From contig JBGCDR010000429.1 in NCBI GenBank assembly GCA_045105515.1, positions 1-37,084 of the forward strand: DNA of 37,084 nt, in the 5' to 3' direction. The DNA comes from Oligoflexales bacterium. GTDB taxonomy: Bacteria; Bdellovibrionota_B; Oligoflexia; Oligoflexales; Bog-1112. The notes beneath the pieces were generated by a model, which saw only the letters and a program-made list of their open reading frames with translations, was not told where the DNA came from and made no database searches. The translations under genes and the position numbers were made by a program. Positions within the stretch are counted from its first letter, which is position 1; each line of letters begins with the position of its first letter. Below, piece by piece: positions 17,941 to 28,123 of the stretch.

Positions 17941-20900
17941 TTACATTGATCGACGGTACTTCCCACCTACTTGGTAAAGAGCTTCGGTTATTTCACCTAG
18001 GCTGCAAGACTTTACGGTCTGCATTAGCTCCGCAAATAAGTTGCGGTTTTCGAGAGCAGCTAACGTGAGCTTTTCTAGTGCTTGTTTGCGATGATTCTTG
18101 TTCTTTTCATGAAATTCTTTCAATCGTCTAAGTTGGTCATCTTTTTCTTCATAGCTTGCTCTGATAAGATCAGTTTCTGGACGTTCGTGGCCATGCTCTT
18201 TTACCTTTTGGCTTAGGAAGGTATTTACCCCCATTATGGGCAATTCACCAGTATGCTTTAGGTGTTCATAATGCATGCTTTCTTCTTGGATTTTGCTGCG
18301 TTGATATTGGGTTTCCATGGCTCCAAGTACCCCACCCCTTGCTGAAATTCGTTCAAACTCTTGTAGGACCGACTCTTCTACCAAATTCGTTAATTCCTCA
18401 ATAAAGAATGAGCCTTGGTTGATGTTCTCACATTTATTGGGACCAAATTCATGGCTGATGATGAGTTGAATTGCCATTGCTCGGCGAACGCTTTCTTCTG
18501 TTGGGGTTGTGACTGCTTCGTCGTATGCGTTGGTATGGAGCGAGTTGCAGTTATCATAAAGTGCTAACAGTGCTTGAAGAGTGGTTCTTATATCATTGAA
18601 ATCCATTTCTTGAGCATGAAGTGAACGTCCTGATGTTTGGATGTGATATTTAAGCTTTTGGGAACGCTCATTTGCCCCATAGCGGTCTCGTAAGGTGATG
18701 GACCAGATTCTTCTAGCTACACGCCCTAGTACCGCATATTCTGGATCAATACCGTTGGAGAAGAAAAAGGAAAGATTAGGTGCGAAAAGGTCAATAGGAA
18801 ATCCTCTTTTCAGATAGTACTCAACATAAGTGAAGCCGTTTGCTAAGGTGAATGCAAGCTGAGAAATCGGATTGGCACCAGCTTCAGCAATGTGGTAGCC
18901 AGAAATGGAAACTCCATAATAGTTGCGTACTTTGTTTTCGATAAAAAACTCTTGAATATCTCCCATTAGTTTCAGGGCAAATTCAGTAGAAAAGATACAG
19001 GTATTTTGTGCTTGATCTTCTTTCAAGATATCAGCTTGAACGGTACCCCTCACACTTTGGAGGGTATTTTCAGAAATTTCACAATGTTCTTCAGGATTCG
19101 GACTTCGATTATGCTTTCTGCAAAAAACATCTACCTGTTGGTCAATCGCAGTATTCAGAAACATAGCTAATATTATTGGTGCTGGACCATTTATAGTCAT
19201 GCTCACACTAGTGTTTGTTGAGCATAGATCAAACCCTTGATATAGTTGCTTCATATCATCTAAGTGAGCTATAGATACTCCAGACTCTCCCACTTTACCA
19301 TAAATATCTGGTCTTTTGTCTGGGTCTGCGCCGTATAGCGTGACGCTGTCAAAGGCAGTGCTCAGTCTTTTTGCTACGTCATCTTTGCTGAGATAATGAA
19401 AGCGTTTATTAGTGCGTGCTGGACCACCTTCACCAGCGAATTGACGTTTTGGATCCTCACCTTTTCGTCTAAAAGGAAAAATACCTGCTGTAAATGGAAA
19501 TGTCCCGGGAGGACTTTCTTGGAGTAAAAATCGTGCTAACTCGCTTTGTGAAGAAAACTTAGGAAGTGCAATGAGTGGTATTTTTTGATGGGAAAGGCTG
19601 GTGAAAAGGCTTTCAACAGAAATTTCTCGATTTCTTACTTTGTAGGTATATTTGCCAGACTGGTATTGCTTGGCTAGTTCTGGCCATTGGGTAAGTTTAG
19701 TCTGTAGTTGAGGGGGGATTTCGTTCCAAAGCTCTTCAGTCTTCGTTCTGAGGTGTGCTTCTATTTCTCCAGATTTAGCTTCTACAGCTATAAGATCCGT
19801 AGTTTTTTTTAGTGCCTCCCAATTTTCGACACTAGTTATTGCGTCTGAAGATTTGCGGTGATAGCTTCTCACAGTTTTTGCGATTTCTGCTAAATAATGT
19901 TCATTGTCAGAAGGTATCAAGGATTCCCTTTGGGATGACATTCGTTTATATGGACGTGCTGATGAAAGCTCTTCTTTGAGAGAAACATCTTTTTCCCTTA
20001 GCTTTTCAACGAGTGCCTGGTACAAACCGCTTGTTCCATCATCGTTATAGCGACTTGCAATAGTGCCAAAAACTGGATAGTCCTTATTTTGCGGAGGAAC
20101 CCCTTTGTATCGACTTCGCCTAATAGTATTCTCTATATCTCGAATTGCATCAGGTCCTTGACGACGTTCATACTTATTAACTGCTATCAGGTCAGCAAAA
20201 TCGAGCATGTCAATTTTTTCAAGCTGAGTAGAGGCACCATATTCAGGGGTCATCACATATAAACTTAAGTCAGAGACACCTAGGATACCGGTATCCCCTT
20301 GGCCTATCCCACTTGTTTCTACTATGATGAAATCAAATTCCGCAGCTTGAAACAGGCTTATGACCTGTTGAGTCATCTCTGACAACTCTCTACCTGAGCC
20401 TCTAGATGCCATGCTGCGTAGAAAAATTCTTTCGGTGGCGCATGAGTTTATTCGTATCCGATCACCTAGTAGTGCGCCACCTGTTTTTTTCTTCGTAGGA
20501 TCAATGCAAATGATACCGATCTTTATCTTTGGAAAGTCGTAGAGAAATCTAAGTAATAGTTCGTCAAGTAGTGAACTTTTTCCTGCTCCTCCAGTTCCTG
20601 TTACTCCAAGGATAGGAACCCTGGTTTTGGCTTTTTGCCCGTTCAGAAGCTCATCTATGCTGCAGACCTTGTTTTCTAAGAGTGTTATCTGTCTTGCCAG
20701 GTGAGCACTGGAAGAGGCATTTTTATTTGCATGGGTTTTGATATGGTAGTCCGCAGTGTGAATCATGTGCCCTATCATGCCATCAAGGCCGAGGCGTTGA
20801 CCATCTTCGGGACTATAGATCTTTGCGGTCCCATCTTTCTCAAGATTGCTAATTTCTTCAAGAGTAATGACCCCGCCGCCACCACCATATATTTTTACTT

Positions 20901-21189
20901 GCTTTCCTCCACTCTCATTTACAAGCTGACGGACAAAGCGAAAGTATTCCATGTGACCACCCTGGTAGCTAGAAATAGCAATGCCCTGGGCGTCTTCTTG
21001 AATAGCAGCTTCAGCAACTTCTCTTGCAGTTCTGTTGTGCCCTAGATGTATCACTTCTACCCCACGGGCCTGTAGTAGCCGTCGCATGATGTTAATGCTA
21101 GCGTCATGGCCATCGAATAGAGAGGTGGCAGTGATAAATCGCAGTTTGCTTTTTGCCTGATAAGTTTTAAAAAATTCCGGATCTTGCAT
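17941..21189 (-). CDS. icmF: fused isobutyryl-CoA mutase/GTPase IcmF (start reassigned to ATG 21189)
   Basis: N-terminal B12 domain (FDGHDASIN), G-domain (GTGGAGKSS, ETSGIGQ, NKYE), mutase barrel (RQFAGEG with Phe, GTVQADILKEDQ, HIQTSGRSL); AGGAGG RBS at 21195-21200. Confidence 0.96.
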   Translation of the reverse strand: MQDPEFFKTYQAKSKLRFITATSLFDGHDASINIMRRLLQARGVEVIHLGHNRTAREVAEAAIQEDAQGIAISSYQGGHMEYFRFVRQLVNESGGKQVKIYGGGGGVITLEEISNLEKDGTAKIYSPEDGQRLGLDGMIGHMIHTADYHIKTHANKNASSSAHLARQITLLENKVCSIDELLNGQKAKTRVPILGVTGTGGAGKSSLLDELLLRFLYDFPKIKIGIICIDPTKKKTGGALLGDRIRINSCATERIFLRSMASRGSGRELSEMTQQVISLFQAAEFDFIIVETSGIGQGDTGILGVSDLSLYVMTPEYGASTQLEKIDMLDFADLIAVNKYERRQGPDAIRDIENTIRRSRYKGVPPQNKDYPVFGTIASRYNDDGTSGLYQALVEKLREKDVSLKEELSSARPYKRMSSQRESLIPSDNEHYLAEIAKTVRSYHRKSSDAITSVENWEALKKTTDLIAVEAKSGEIEAHLRTKTEELWNEIPPQLQTKLTQWPELAKQYQSGKYTYKVRNREISVESLFTSLSHQKIPLIALPKFSSQSELARFLLQESPPGTFPFTAGIFPFRRKGEDPKRQFAGEGGPARTNKRFHYLSKDDVAKRLSTAFDSVTLYGADPDKRPDIYGKVGESGVSIAHLDDMKQLYQGFDLCSTNTSVSMTINGPAPIILAMFLNTAIDQQVDVFCRKHNRSPNPEEHCEISENTLQSVRGTVQADILKEDQAQNTCIFSTEFALKLMGDIQEFFIENKVRNYYGVSISGYHIAEAGANPISQLAFTLANGFTYVEYYLKRGFPIDLFAPNLSFFFSNGIDPEYAVLGRVARRIWSITLRDRYGANERSQKLKYHIQTSGRSLHAQEMDFNDIRTTLQALLALYDNCNSLHTNAYDEAVTTPTEESVRRAMAIQLIISHEFGPNKCENINQGSFFIEELTNLVEESVLQEFERISARGGVLGAMETQYQRSKIQEESMHYEHLKHTGELPIMGVNTFLSQKVKEHGHERPETDLIRASYEEKDDQLRRLKEFHEKNKNHRKQALEKLTLAALENRNLFAELMQTVKSCSLGEITEALYQVGGKYRRSM

Positions 21190-21245
21190 GAAAACCTCCT
21201 TCTCAGACCGAGGGGTTGTACATACTGAAGACCTTGGAAGCAACG

Positions 21246-22889
21246 TTAGCGTTTACTCTTTAGCTTTTTTAACATAACTAACGCTTCTTTGGGCTTTCTT
21301 CCAACCCTCAATATGCCAAGAATTGCAAATGTAAGCCCAACCAATGTACCATTTACTAGCAAAGATATGGCAGCTCTAATTTTATGCGGCCATTCAACAG
21401 GAAGCTCTATCAACGTAAGAGAAAAGGCTCCGAGCCTTTGGGCGCCTAATGAAAGAAAAAAAGCCACTAGTACAAGGCTTATGCCAATCGCTACTGAGCG
21501 AGCTGGGACTTTAAGATTTTCGCTCCTAAGACCTAGCATTAGTCCTATAGCATTGATACTGAGCAAAGCTGCAGCTGTAATTGCTAAGCCCTTATGCCCA
21601 AACCGGTCGACTAAGATATAATTGAGGCTGAAATTGATAAATATTCCAACTAGACTAACTTTCATAGCATAGTTGGTCCTTTCTAATGCATAGTAAAATG
21701 AGGTGAGTACCTTGATAAGCCCATAACCAATAAGTCCAAAGCTGTAGTAGTAGAGAGCTTCAGCAGTCTTTATGGCATCATTGTGAGAGAATTGTCCATG
21801 TTCAAAGAGTAAGCTAATGACTTGCTCAGCATTTTCCATGAGGAACACCAAACATAATGCCATTAACCAAAGCATGAACTCACTCATTTTGAATAGTTCA
21901 GTCGAGGCTTCTTCCCGGCAAAGGTCATTGTCGGCGCTAATTAGTTTAGTAAACTTTGGCAGAGCAACCGAACCTACTGCGACCGCAAAAATCCCAATGG
22001 GAAGTTGTAGTAAGCGAAAACTAAATGTAAGCCAAGTTACAGCGCCAGTTTCCAAACTTGTGGCAAAGTTGGTGTTGATAAAAACATTGATCTGGCCAGC
22101 ACTTGACGCAATTACCATAGGCCCCATTAGGGTGAGGATTTTCTTAAGCTCAGGTGACCATGAGAAATTTAATGATTTTATATTGATTGGCCAAATGGCT
22201 AATCCTAAGCTATTCTTTTTTATGCCTAAAAATTGAACGAAACATTGTATAAATCCTCCCAGCAGCACCCCTATCGCTAGTCCGGTGATACCAGGGTTGG
22301 CAATATAGTACTCGATCCAAGGATAGTTTTTTGTTTCAAGGAATGAAGCAAAAACTAAAGCCCCGAGGAGGTAACCAACGTTAAGAGCAATAGGTGACAA
22401 AGAACTGATAAAAAATCGTCCTTGTTGGTGCAAGACTCCACCAGCTATTGCGCCCATGATCATGGTTCCGATGAAGGGAAATAACAAACGGGTTAGGCCT
22501 ACCGTTTGGTGAAGAAAACTTGCATTATCAGCTCCCTCTTCGCCAATCATGGTCATACTGTTCACAAGGTAGGGCGCCAAAATAATCCCTATGATGCAAA
22601 TTGCAAGTGATACAGTGAAAAAGAGAAGTATCGTATCCTTGAAGAGTTTTCTTGCTTTCTTTTTATCCTTTTCCCAAACCTCACTGAATACTTTTGTGAA
22701 CGATGAGCCTAAGGCTCCTTCAGCTAACATTTCCCGCAACATGTTGGGAATTCGATTGGCGACAAAAAAAGCGTCGAGTGCCACCCCAGCGCCAAAAAGG
22801 CCAGCTGTGACAGATTCCCTTAGAAGGCCAAATAAGCGACTAAAGAAGGTGCCGACTGCAAACCATAAACTTGCTTTAAAAAGGGACAA
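21246..22889 (-). CDS. murJ: lipid II flippase MurJ (MviN)
   Basis: SRLFGLLRE, DAFFVANRIPNMLREMLAEGAL, RLLQLPIGIF and about 14 TM segments; TTG start with GAGGAG RBS. Confidence 0.95.
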   Translation of the reverse strand: MSLFKASLWFAVGTFFSRLFGLLRESVTAGLFGAGVALDAFFVANRIPNMLREMLAEGALGSSFTKVFSEVWEKDKKKARKLFKDTILLFFTVSLAICIIGIILAPYLVNSMTMIGEEGADNASFLHQTVGLTRLLFPFIGTMIMGAIAGGVLHQQGRFFISSLSPIALNVGYLLGALVFASFLETKNYPWIEYYIANPGITGLAIGVLLGGFIQCFVQFLGIKKNSLGLAIWPINIKSLNFSWSPELKKILTLMGPMVIASSAGQINVFINTNFATSLETGAVTWLTFSFRLLQLPIGIFAVAVGSVALPKFTKLISADNDLCREEASTELFKMSEFMLWLMALCLVFLMENAEQVISLLFEHGQFSHNDAIKTAEALYYYSFGLIGYGLIKVLTSFYYALERTNYAMKVSLVGIFINFSLNYILVDRFGHKGLAITAAALLSINAIGLMLGLRSENLKVPARSVAIGISLVLVAFFLSLGAQRLGAFSLTLIELPVEWPHKIRAAISLLVNGTLVGLTFAILGILRVGRKPKEALVMLKKLKSKR

Positions 22890-23029
22890 AATTTCTCCTC
22901 ATAGAGTTGCATCCGCTCACCATACCAAACTCTTATTTATAATGTTAAAATATATAAAAAATCAAAATTTAGTCTTTCTTGCAACTTTGATTCGCTTAAA
23001 GAACTCCATTTGATGATAGGGCATAGGAT

Positions 23030-23914
23030 ATGAAATTAAGCTTTCCACCAAAAATTTTTGTGGGATTTATGATCCTGATGTTGGCAGATTATTCGTTTGG
23101 AGTAGGCAAAGAAGAAACTCAAAATAAAACTTTTACTAAAAATAATTACCTGGATTATTTGAGCTTAGAACTTGAGCAAGAAGATTCTTATGATTGGTTT
23201 AGTCAAACAGATTCCAATAAGGATCAATATCTAGCTAAAAAAAGAAAAAAAAGAAGAAGAAAAAAGCGAAGAAGAAAGTCGTCGTCTTCATCATCAAGTT
23301 CTTCGAGTTCTTCTGAAGTTAGTCCTATTTTGTACATGTTGCCTTTCGGTATAGGGCAATTTGCCAATGGTAGCGCGATCTTAGGAACCCTTTTTGGTGT
23401 CGCACAAATTGGTAGTCTGGGATTTATGTTTACCAATTGGACGGGGGCAAATGCAAAAATAGAGGAAACAAATGGGTATATTGACCAACGTAATGCTGAA
23501 TTTGATGCAATCTCTACAACGGATACTGAGGCCAAAATAGCGCATCAAAATGAAACTGATGCCAATGTGCAGATTTTTGATGGTGAAGTAGAAGCAATGA
23601 TCAGTAGCGCGAACATAGGTTTGATAGTCTTCTTTGTAAGCTGGGCTGGTAGCATTGTAGAAGCGTTTGTTAGTGGCCCTAGTGATGATGCCGCTGGTGG
23701 TAGCAGTGGTGGGCGTAAGAAAAGGCGGCGCAAGAAAAGGCGACGCAGCTCTATTAAAGGAATGGAACAAGATATTTTTATAGAAGAGCAGGCATTTGAG
23801 CCAATAAGGCCTATCTCTCCACATTGGAATGTAAAACTAGATCCAACTTTCACTCAAACTCGTCAGAATGTGCTGCATCCCGAGCTTGCATTGAAATGGC
23901 AGCTAAAGTTTTAG
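23030..23914 (+). CDS. exported membrane protein with a P13/TM2-like PFGIGQF motif and two polybasic tracts
   Basis: Signal peptide, RKKRRRKKRRR twice, Ser12 tract, LPFGIGQFANG followed by a TM segment, a second TM, and a C-terminal amphipathic strand ending in Phe. Confidence 0.75.
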   Translation: MKLSFPPKIFVGFMILMLADYSFGVGKEETQNKTFTKNNYLDYLSLELEQEDSYDWFSQTDSNKDQYLAKKRKKRRRKKRRRKSSSSSSSSSSSSEVSPILYMLPFGIGQFANGSAILGTLFGVAQIGSLGFMFTNWTGANAKIEETNGYIDQRNAEFDAISTTDTEAKIAHQNETDANVQIFDGEVEAMISSANIGLIVFFVSWAGSIVEAFVSGPSDDAAGGSSGGRKKRRRKKRRRSSIKGMEQDIFIEEQAFEPIRPISPHWNVKLDPTFTQTRQNVLHPELALKWQLKF

Positions 23915-25731
23915 AAATGTGTGATAGGTATTGTGATCGCTTGTCCTTTAAATCTATGCCTACCATAGGAAATACTTAATTTGTAGTTTATTTTTCGCGA
24001 GTCCTGATATTTCCTTCCCTGGACTTTAAATATTTTGTTTGCAAGCTTAGTAAGAATTTTTTTTGCCTGCTTTCTGTTTTTAGCTATATTGGACTTTCCA
24101 TACTCTCCTCCTAGCCATAGGACATGGGTTAATGAACCTTTTGATGCTATAAGCCATGCGTTTCTTAGATCTTGGGATATTGCTAGGTACTGTTTCTTTT
24201 GCTCAGTTTTTTGTTCTGGATTTTTGCCCATAATTTTCGTTAGAGAGTATTCCATAATATAGGCTAATTCTTCACGAATAATTGATGGGAAAGGGATTTT
24301 TTCTTTCACATATATATTTTTTTTCGACACTGACGCAATAGATTTTATTGCAAATGGGCTGACTTTTTTTCCACCATTGAACACGCTCGCATATGAGCTA
24401 GATACTTGCAAAGGGCTCGCTCTCAGTCTATCTAGAGATCTTAGAAACTTATGCTCCTTAACTGGAAGCCCTAGTTTAAAAAGAAATTCATTCATGGAGC
24501 TTATGCCGGTTAGTTGGATTAATGCTTCTAAATTTGCAGACTTCTGAGAAGACAGTATTGAAAGAATCGTATCTTCATTTGAAGATAGTGGAGTATCTAA
24601 TTGATATCCAAGTTCAAGGGGATAAATAAGAGCTAGAGGAATGACTAATTGACTTAAGGGTCTTTTAGTGAAAAGAGCTCGATTAAATTGTGTTTTAGAA
24701 TATTTCCCTCCTCCTGAGATCCCAATGATCTCTCCTGTATTATGATTTATACTAACGAGAGCTAATTCGAGTCCTTTTTTAAATGGTTTTGAATAGGATC
24801 TGAGCTTGAGTTGTAAAGATCTGAGTTGTCTCAAGAGATTCTTATGAAATTGTGCATCCACTGTTGAGTAAATATTTAAACCATTCACTTTATTTTTGTC
24901 GAACGAAAATTTTTTAAGAACTTCAGATTTAACCATGTCTAAGAAATATCCAAAATCTCCTGAGCAGTTTTTTGATTGAACTATGGTTGGTGGATTTTGT
25001 GTCCAGTGGTGTAACTTATTCTTATTTATATGACCGTTTATAAACATTCTTTTAAGGATTTTTCTTTGTCTTGTTATTGCACGATTATAGTGTTTATGCG
25101 GAGCAAAATAGGACGGCGCTTTTGGAAGTGCAGCTAATAATGCCGATTCTCCTACTGTTAGATTTTTAATATCTTTACCAAAATAAGCCTTTGCAGCCGC
25201 CCCAACTCCATAGGAGTGATTACCAAGGAAAATTTTATTGAGGTAGATCTCTAATATTGTTTCTTTCGTAAAGATACTCTCAATTTTAAATGCTAAGAGA
25301 GCTTCCCTGATTTTTCTATAAAAGGTCCTTTCATTGGAAAGAAAGAAGCTTTTTGCCAGTTGTTGGGTAATGGTGCTTGCGCCTTGAACAACCTTACCTC
25401 GTTTTAGGTTCACATAGAAGGCTCTTGCGATTGCAAAAAGATTAATTCCAATATGGGTAAAAAATTCTTTATCTTCAGCGCTAGTAAAAGAGTATACTAA
25501 ATGCTCGGGTAGTCTATCAAATGATACCAGGTATCTGTTCTTAATCGAGAATTTGCCAATCCATTTCCCAGTTCGATCAAATACTTGGCTAGATACATCC
25601 ATGTTCTCGAGTTGCATTGCTTGTTTAATTTCAAAGTGAGATGGTAGAGTAAGGTAAAGTTTGAGAAGTAAAATGCAGCTAATACTAGCAGCTAGCACGA
25701 ATCCGATTGCAGAGAGTTTCAGTAGTCGCAT
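23911..25731 (-). CDS. class A PBP-like protein: intact GT51 transglycosylase plus degenerate transpeptidase domain
   Basis: N-terminal TM; EDKEFFTHIG, GASTITQQLAK, RKIRE, KETILEIYLN and LPKAP motifs; the transpeptidase SxxK and KTG motifs are absent. Confidence 0.88.
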   Translation of the reverse strand: MRLLKLSAIGFVLAASISCILLLKLYLTLPSHFEIKQAMQLENMDVSSQVFDRTGKWIGKFSIKNRYLVSFDRLPEHLVYSFTSAEDKEFFTHIGINLFAIARAFYVNLKRGKVVQGASTITQQLAKSFFLSNERTFYRKIREALLAFKIESIFTKETILEIYLNKIFLGNHSYGVGAAAKAYFGKDIKNLTVGESALLAALPKAPSYFAPHKHYNRAITRQRKILKRMFINGHINKNKLHHWTQNPPTIVQSKNCSGDFGYFLDMVKSEVLKKFSFDKNKVNGLNIYSTVDAQFHKNLLRQLRSLQLKLRSYSKPFKKGLELALVSINHNTGEIIGISGGGKYSKTQFNRALFTKRPLSQLVIPLALIYPLELGYQLDTPLSSNEDTILSILSSQKSANLEALIQLTGISSMNEFLFKLGLPVKEHKFLRSLDRLRASPLQVSSSYASVFNGGKKVSPFAIKSIASVSKKNIYVKEKIPFPSIIREELAYIMEYSLTKIMGKNPEQKTEQKKQYLAISQDLRNAWLIASKGSLTHVLWLGGEYGKSNIAKNRKQAKKILTKLANKIFKVQGRKYQDSRKINYKLSISYGRHRFKGQAITIPITHF

Positions 25732-25876
25732 AATATAAACCTTTTTCTGTGATCCTCTTCTATTATCTTACCAAATTCGCTATTGCCTTGACGGAGGGTC
25801 ATCCGAGTGTGTAGCTTTGGGAAGGCAGAAGCCATATACATGTATCGATCATGTTGTTTTAACCCTGTGGAGGTGA

Positions 25877-27361
25877 ATGATGCAATTACTTGAGAAACTT
25901 AGAGAAATGTCTGGTTATTGTAAAGACCGAATTACCCAGGGGCTTACAGAAGAACAGATAAGCCATTTTGCCAAGATAGATTCGAATCTAGGTAAGGCTG
26001 TAGAAGAAGCTTACCAATCTCACATACATTTGCGCACCGAACACAATTCTATATTGAAAAAATCGGAAAAAGAGCAGATAGCACAAATTCAGCAAGAGTA
26101 TGTTAATTTTTATGACCAATATGCAGTTAATCCCTATATATCTCTTGGAGCTAGAGGGCCATGGATCATCAGCTCAACCGGTGCGGTAATTCATGATTCT
26201 GGTGGGTACGGTATGTTGGGTTTCGGACATGGTCCTCAGAAAATTATCGATGCTATGAATGACAACCATGTCATGGCGAATATTATGACTGCAAATTTTG
26301 CCCAAAAAGATTTTGTTGAAATATTGAAGAAAGAAATTGGGCATTCGCGATCTGCTGGTAAGAGGGATCCCTATCACAAATTTATGTGTCTTAACTCTGG
26401 ATCTGAATCAATTACCATTGCTACAAGAATCTCTGATCTAAATGTGCGTCAACTTTGTAAGGATGGAGGGCCTCATCAAGGGAAAAAAGTAAAATTCCTT
26501 TCTTTGAAAGGGAGTTTTCATGGGCGAACTGATAGACCTGCGCAGTTCTCTGATTCGTGTCTGAAAGTTTACCAAAAACATCTCGAGTCCTTTCAAGGGA
26601 GAGATAACCTCGATACGATTGAACCTAACGATTCGGAAGCTCTAGCAGCGGTTTTTGCTCAGGCTAAGAAGAGTGGAATCTTTTACGAAGCGATGTTCAT
26701 GGAACCAGTTATGGGGGAAGGTAATCCAGGTTTGGGAATAAGCCCTGAGTTCTATAAGCTTGCTCGAAACCTTTGTAATCAGATGGGTAGTTTGTTGGTT
26801 GTTGACTCCATACAAGCTGGCTTGAGAGCTCAAGGCTGTTTAAGCATCATGGATTATCCAGGATTTCGTGAGCTGGATGCACCCGATATGGAGGCGTATT
26901 CTAAGGCATTAAATGCTGGTCAATATCCACTTTCAGTGCTTGCCTTAGGAAAGTATGCATCTGAACTTTATGTGACTGGGATCTATGGGAATACTATGAC
27001 TAGCAATCCTAGGGCTCTTGCTGTTGCAAAAGCAGTTTTAGGTCAGGTTAACGAGGATCTTAGGCTCAATATTTGTACCAAAGGTAAAGAGTTTCTTGAA
27101 GCATTTGCGACTTTGAAATCAGAGTTTCCCGATTTGATTGGTTCAATTCAAGGTACTGGTCTTTTATTTTGCATGGAAATTAATCCTAAAAAGGCCAAGG
27201 TTGTGGGTGAAGAGGGCATGGAATTTAAACTTCGAAAACTTGGTTTAGGTGTGATACATGGGGGAAAGAACGCTTTGCGATTTACCCCACATTTTGAGAT
27301 CACAAGTGATGAAATTGGTTTGGTTACCGAAATATTAAGGGAAGTTTTCAAGACATACTAA
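25877..27361 (+). CDS. class III aminotransferase, L-lysine 6-aminotransferase-like (Flavobacterium lutescens/Xanthomonas type)
   Basis: GGYGMLGFGH, CLNSGSE, SFHGRTDRP, EPVMGEG, DSIQAG, YSKALN (PLP Lys), GNTMT and LRFTPHF motifs; GGAGGT RBS. Confidence 0.85.
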   Translation: MMQLLEKLREMSGYCKDRITQGLTEEQISHFAKIDSNLGKAVEEAYQSHIHLRTEHNSILKKSEKEQIAQIQQEYVNFYDQYAVNPYISLGARGPWIISSTGAVIHDSGGYGMLGFGHGPQKIIDAMNDNHVMANIMTANFAQKDFVEILKKEIGHSRSAGKRDPYHKFMCLNSGSESITIATRISDLNVRQLCKDGGPHQGKKVKFLSLKGSFHGRTDRPAQFSDSCLKVYQKHLESFQGRDNLDTIEPNDSEALAAVFAQAKKSGIFYEAMFMEPVMGEGNPGLGISPEFYKLARNLCNQMGSLLVVDSIQAGLRAQGCLSIMDYPGFRELDAPDMEAYSKALNAGQYPLSVLALGKYASELYVTGIYGNTMTSNPRALAVAKAVLGQVNEDLRLNICTKGKEFLEAFATLKSEFPDLIGSIQGTGLLFCMEINPKKAKVVGEEGMEFKLRKLGLGVIHGGKNALRFTPHFEITSDEIGLVTEILREVFKTY

Positions 27362-27376
27362 AGCAACAATTTGTCT

Positions 27377-28123
27377 TTAAGGATTGACATAACCTTCTTT
27401 GATGGCATAGATAGCTAGATCAACTTGGGAGTGAAGCCCCAATTTAGCCATAATATTAGATTTATGCCGTTCAACGGTTTTTGCCGTAATATGAAGGCTT
27501 TTTCCAATATCTTTCGCCTTCATACCTTTTGCAACACAACATAGAACTTCAATTTCTCTCGGGCTAAGTAGAGCTCTTCTTGGGGTATAGATACTTTGAT
27601 TTGGGTCGTAGGAATGCCTTGAAACTAGGCGCTTCTTAATTTCTTCCGAAAAATAGCGTTTACCCATATGTACAAAACGAATTGCGTTGATAATTCCCTC
27701 TAGAGTTTCGTCTTTAGAAAGAAATCCCGATGCTCCAGACATCAGCCCACGCTCCAAATTGCCATCGGTAACTTGCGAAATCATGAAAATAATCTGAGAT
27801 TTTGGTCTTTGATGTTTGATTCTACGTGCTAGTTCACAAGGACTGGCGCTATCCATTGAAAAATCTGTAATCACAACGTCAGGATTGTGTTCATCAGCAT
27901 ATTGAAATCCATGGTTGGCATCTCCGCAGTGGGCTACCACATTAATGTCTTTGAACTTTTCAAGTAGTGAAACGAGCCCTTCTCTCAGCAAAATGTGATC
28001 ATTGACTAAGAGTACCCTGATGGCGCCATGTTCATTGCTTTCAATGGTTCTTGCTGCCGCACCATCATAATTTTCTTCAGTGGAAATTGCTTGACTAGAT
28101 GGTACTGAATCCGGCATGAGCAT
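27377..28123 (-). CDS. NarL/LuxR-family response regulator (no cognate kinase in the window)
   Basis: Receiver domain (VNDH, VITDFSM phospho-Asp, FLSKD) plus LuxR HTH (LSPREIEVL...TAKTVERHKSNIMAKL). Confidence 0.92.
   Translation of the reverse strand: MLMPDSVPSSQAISTEENYDGAAARTIESNEHGAIRVLLVNDHILLREGLVSLLEKFKDINVVAHCGDANHGFQYADEHNPDVVITDFSMDSASPCELARRIKHQRPKSQIIFMISQVTDGNLERGLMSGASGFLSKDETLEGIINAIRFVHMGKRYFSEEIKKRLVSRHSYDPNQSIYTPRRALLSPREIEVLCCVAKGMKAKDIGKSLHITAKTVERHKSNIMAKLGLHSQVDLAIYAIKEGYVNP

Noticed and set aside
21289..23013. plus-strand ORFs of 110-140 aa
   Set aside because: Typical antisense shadows of the hydrophobic murJ gene.
23224..23853. three minus-strand ORFs (103, 147 and 102 aa)
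   Set aside because: Antisense to the low-complexity 23030-23914 gene; no RBS or motifs.
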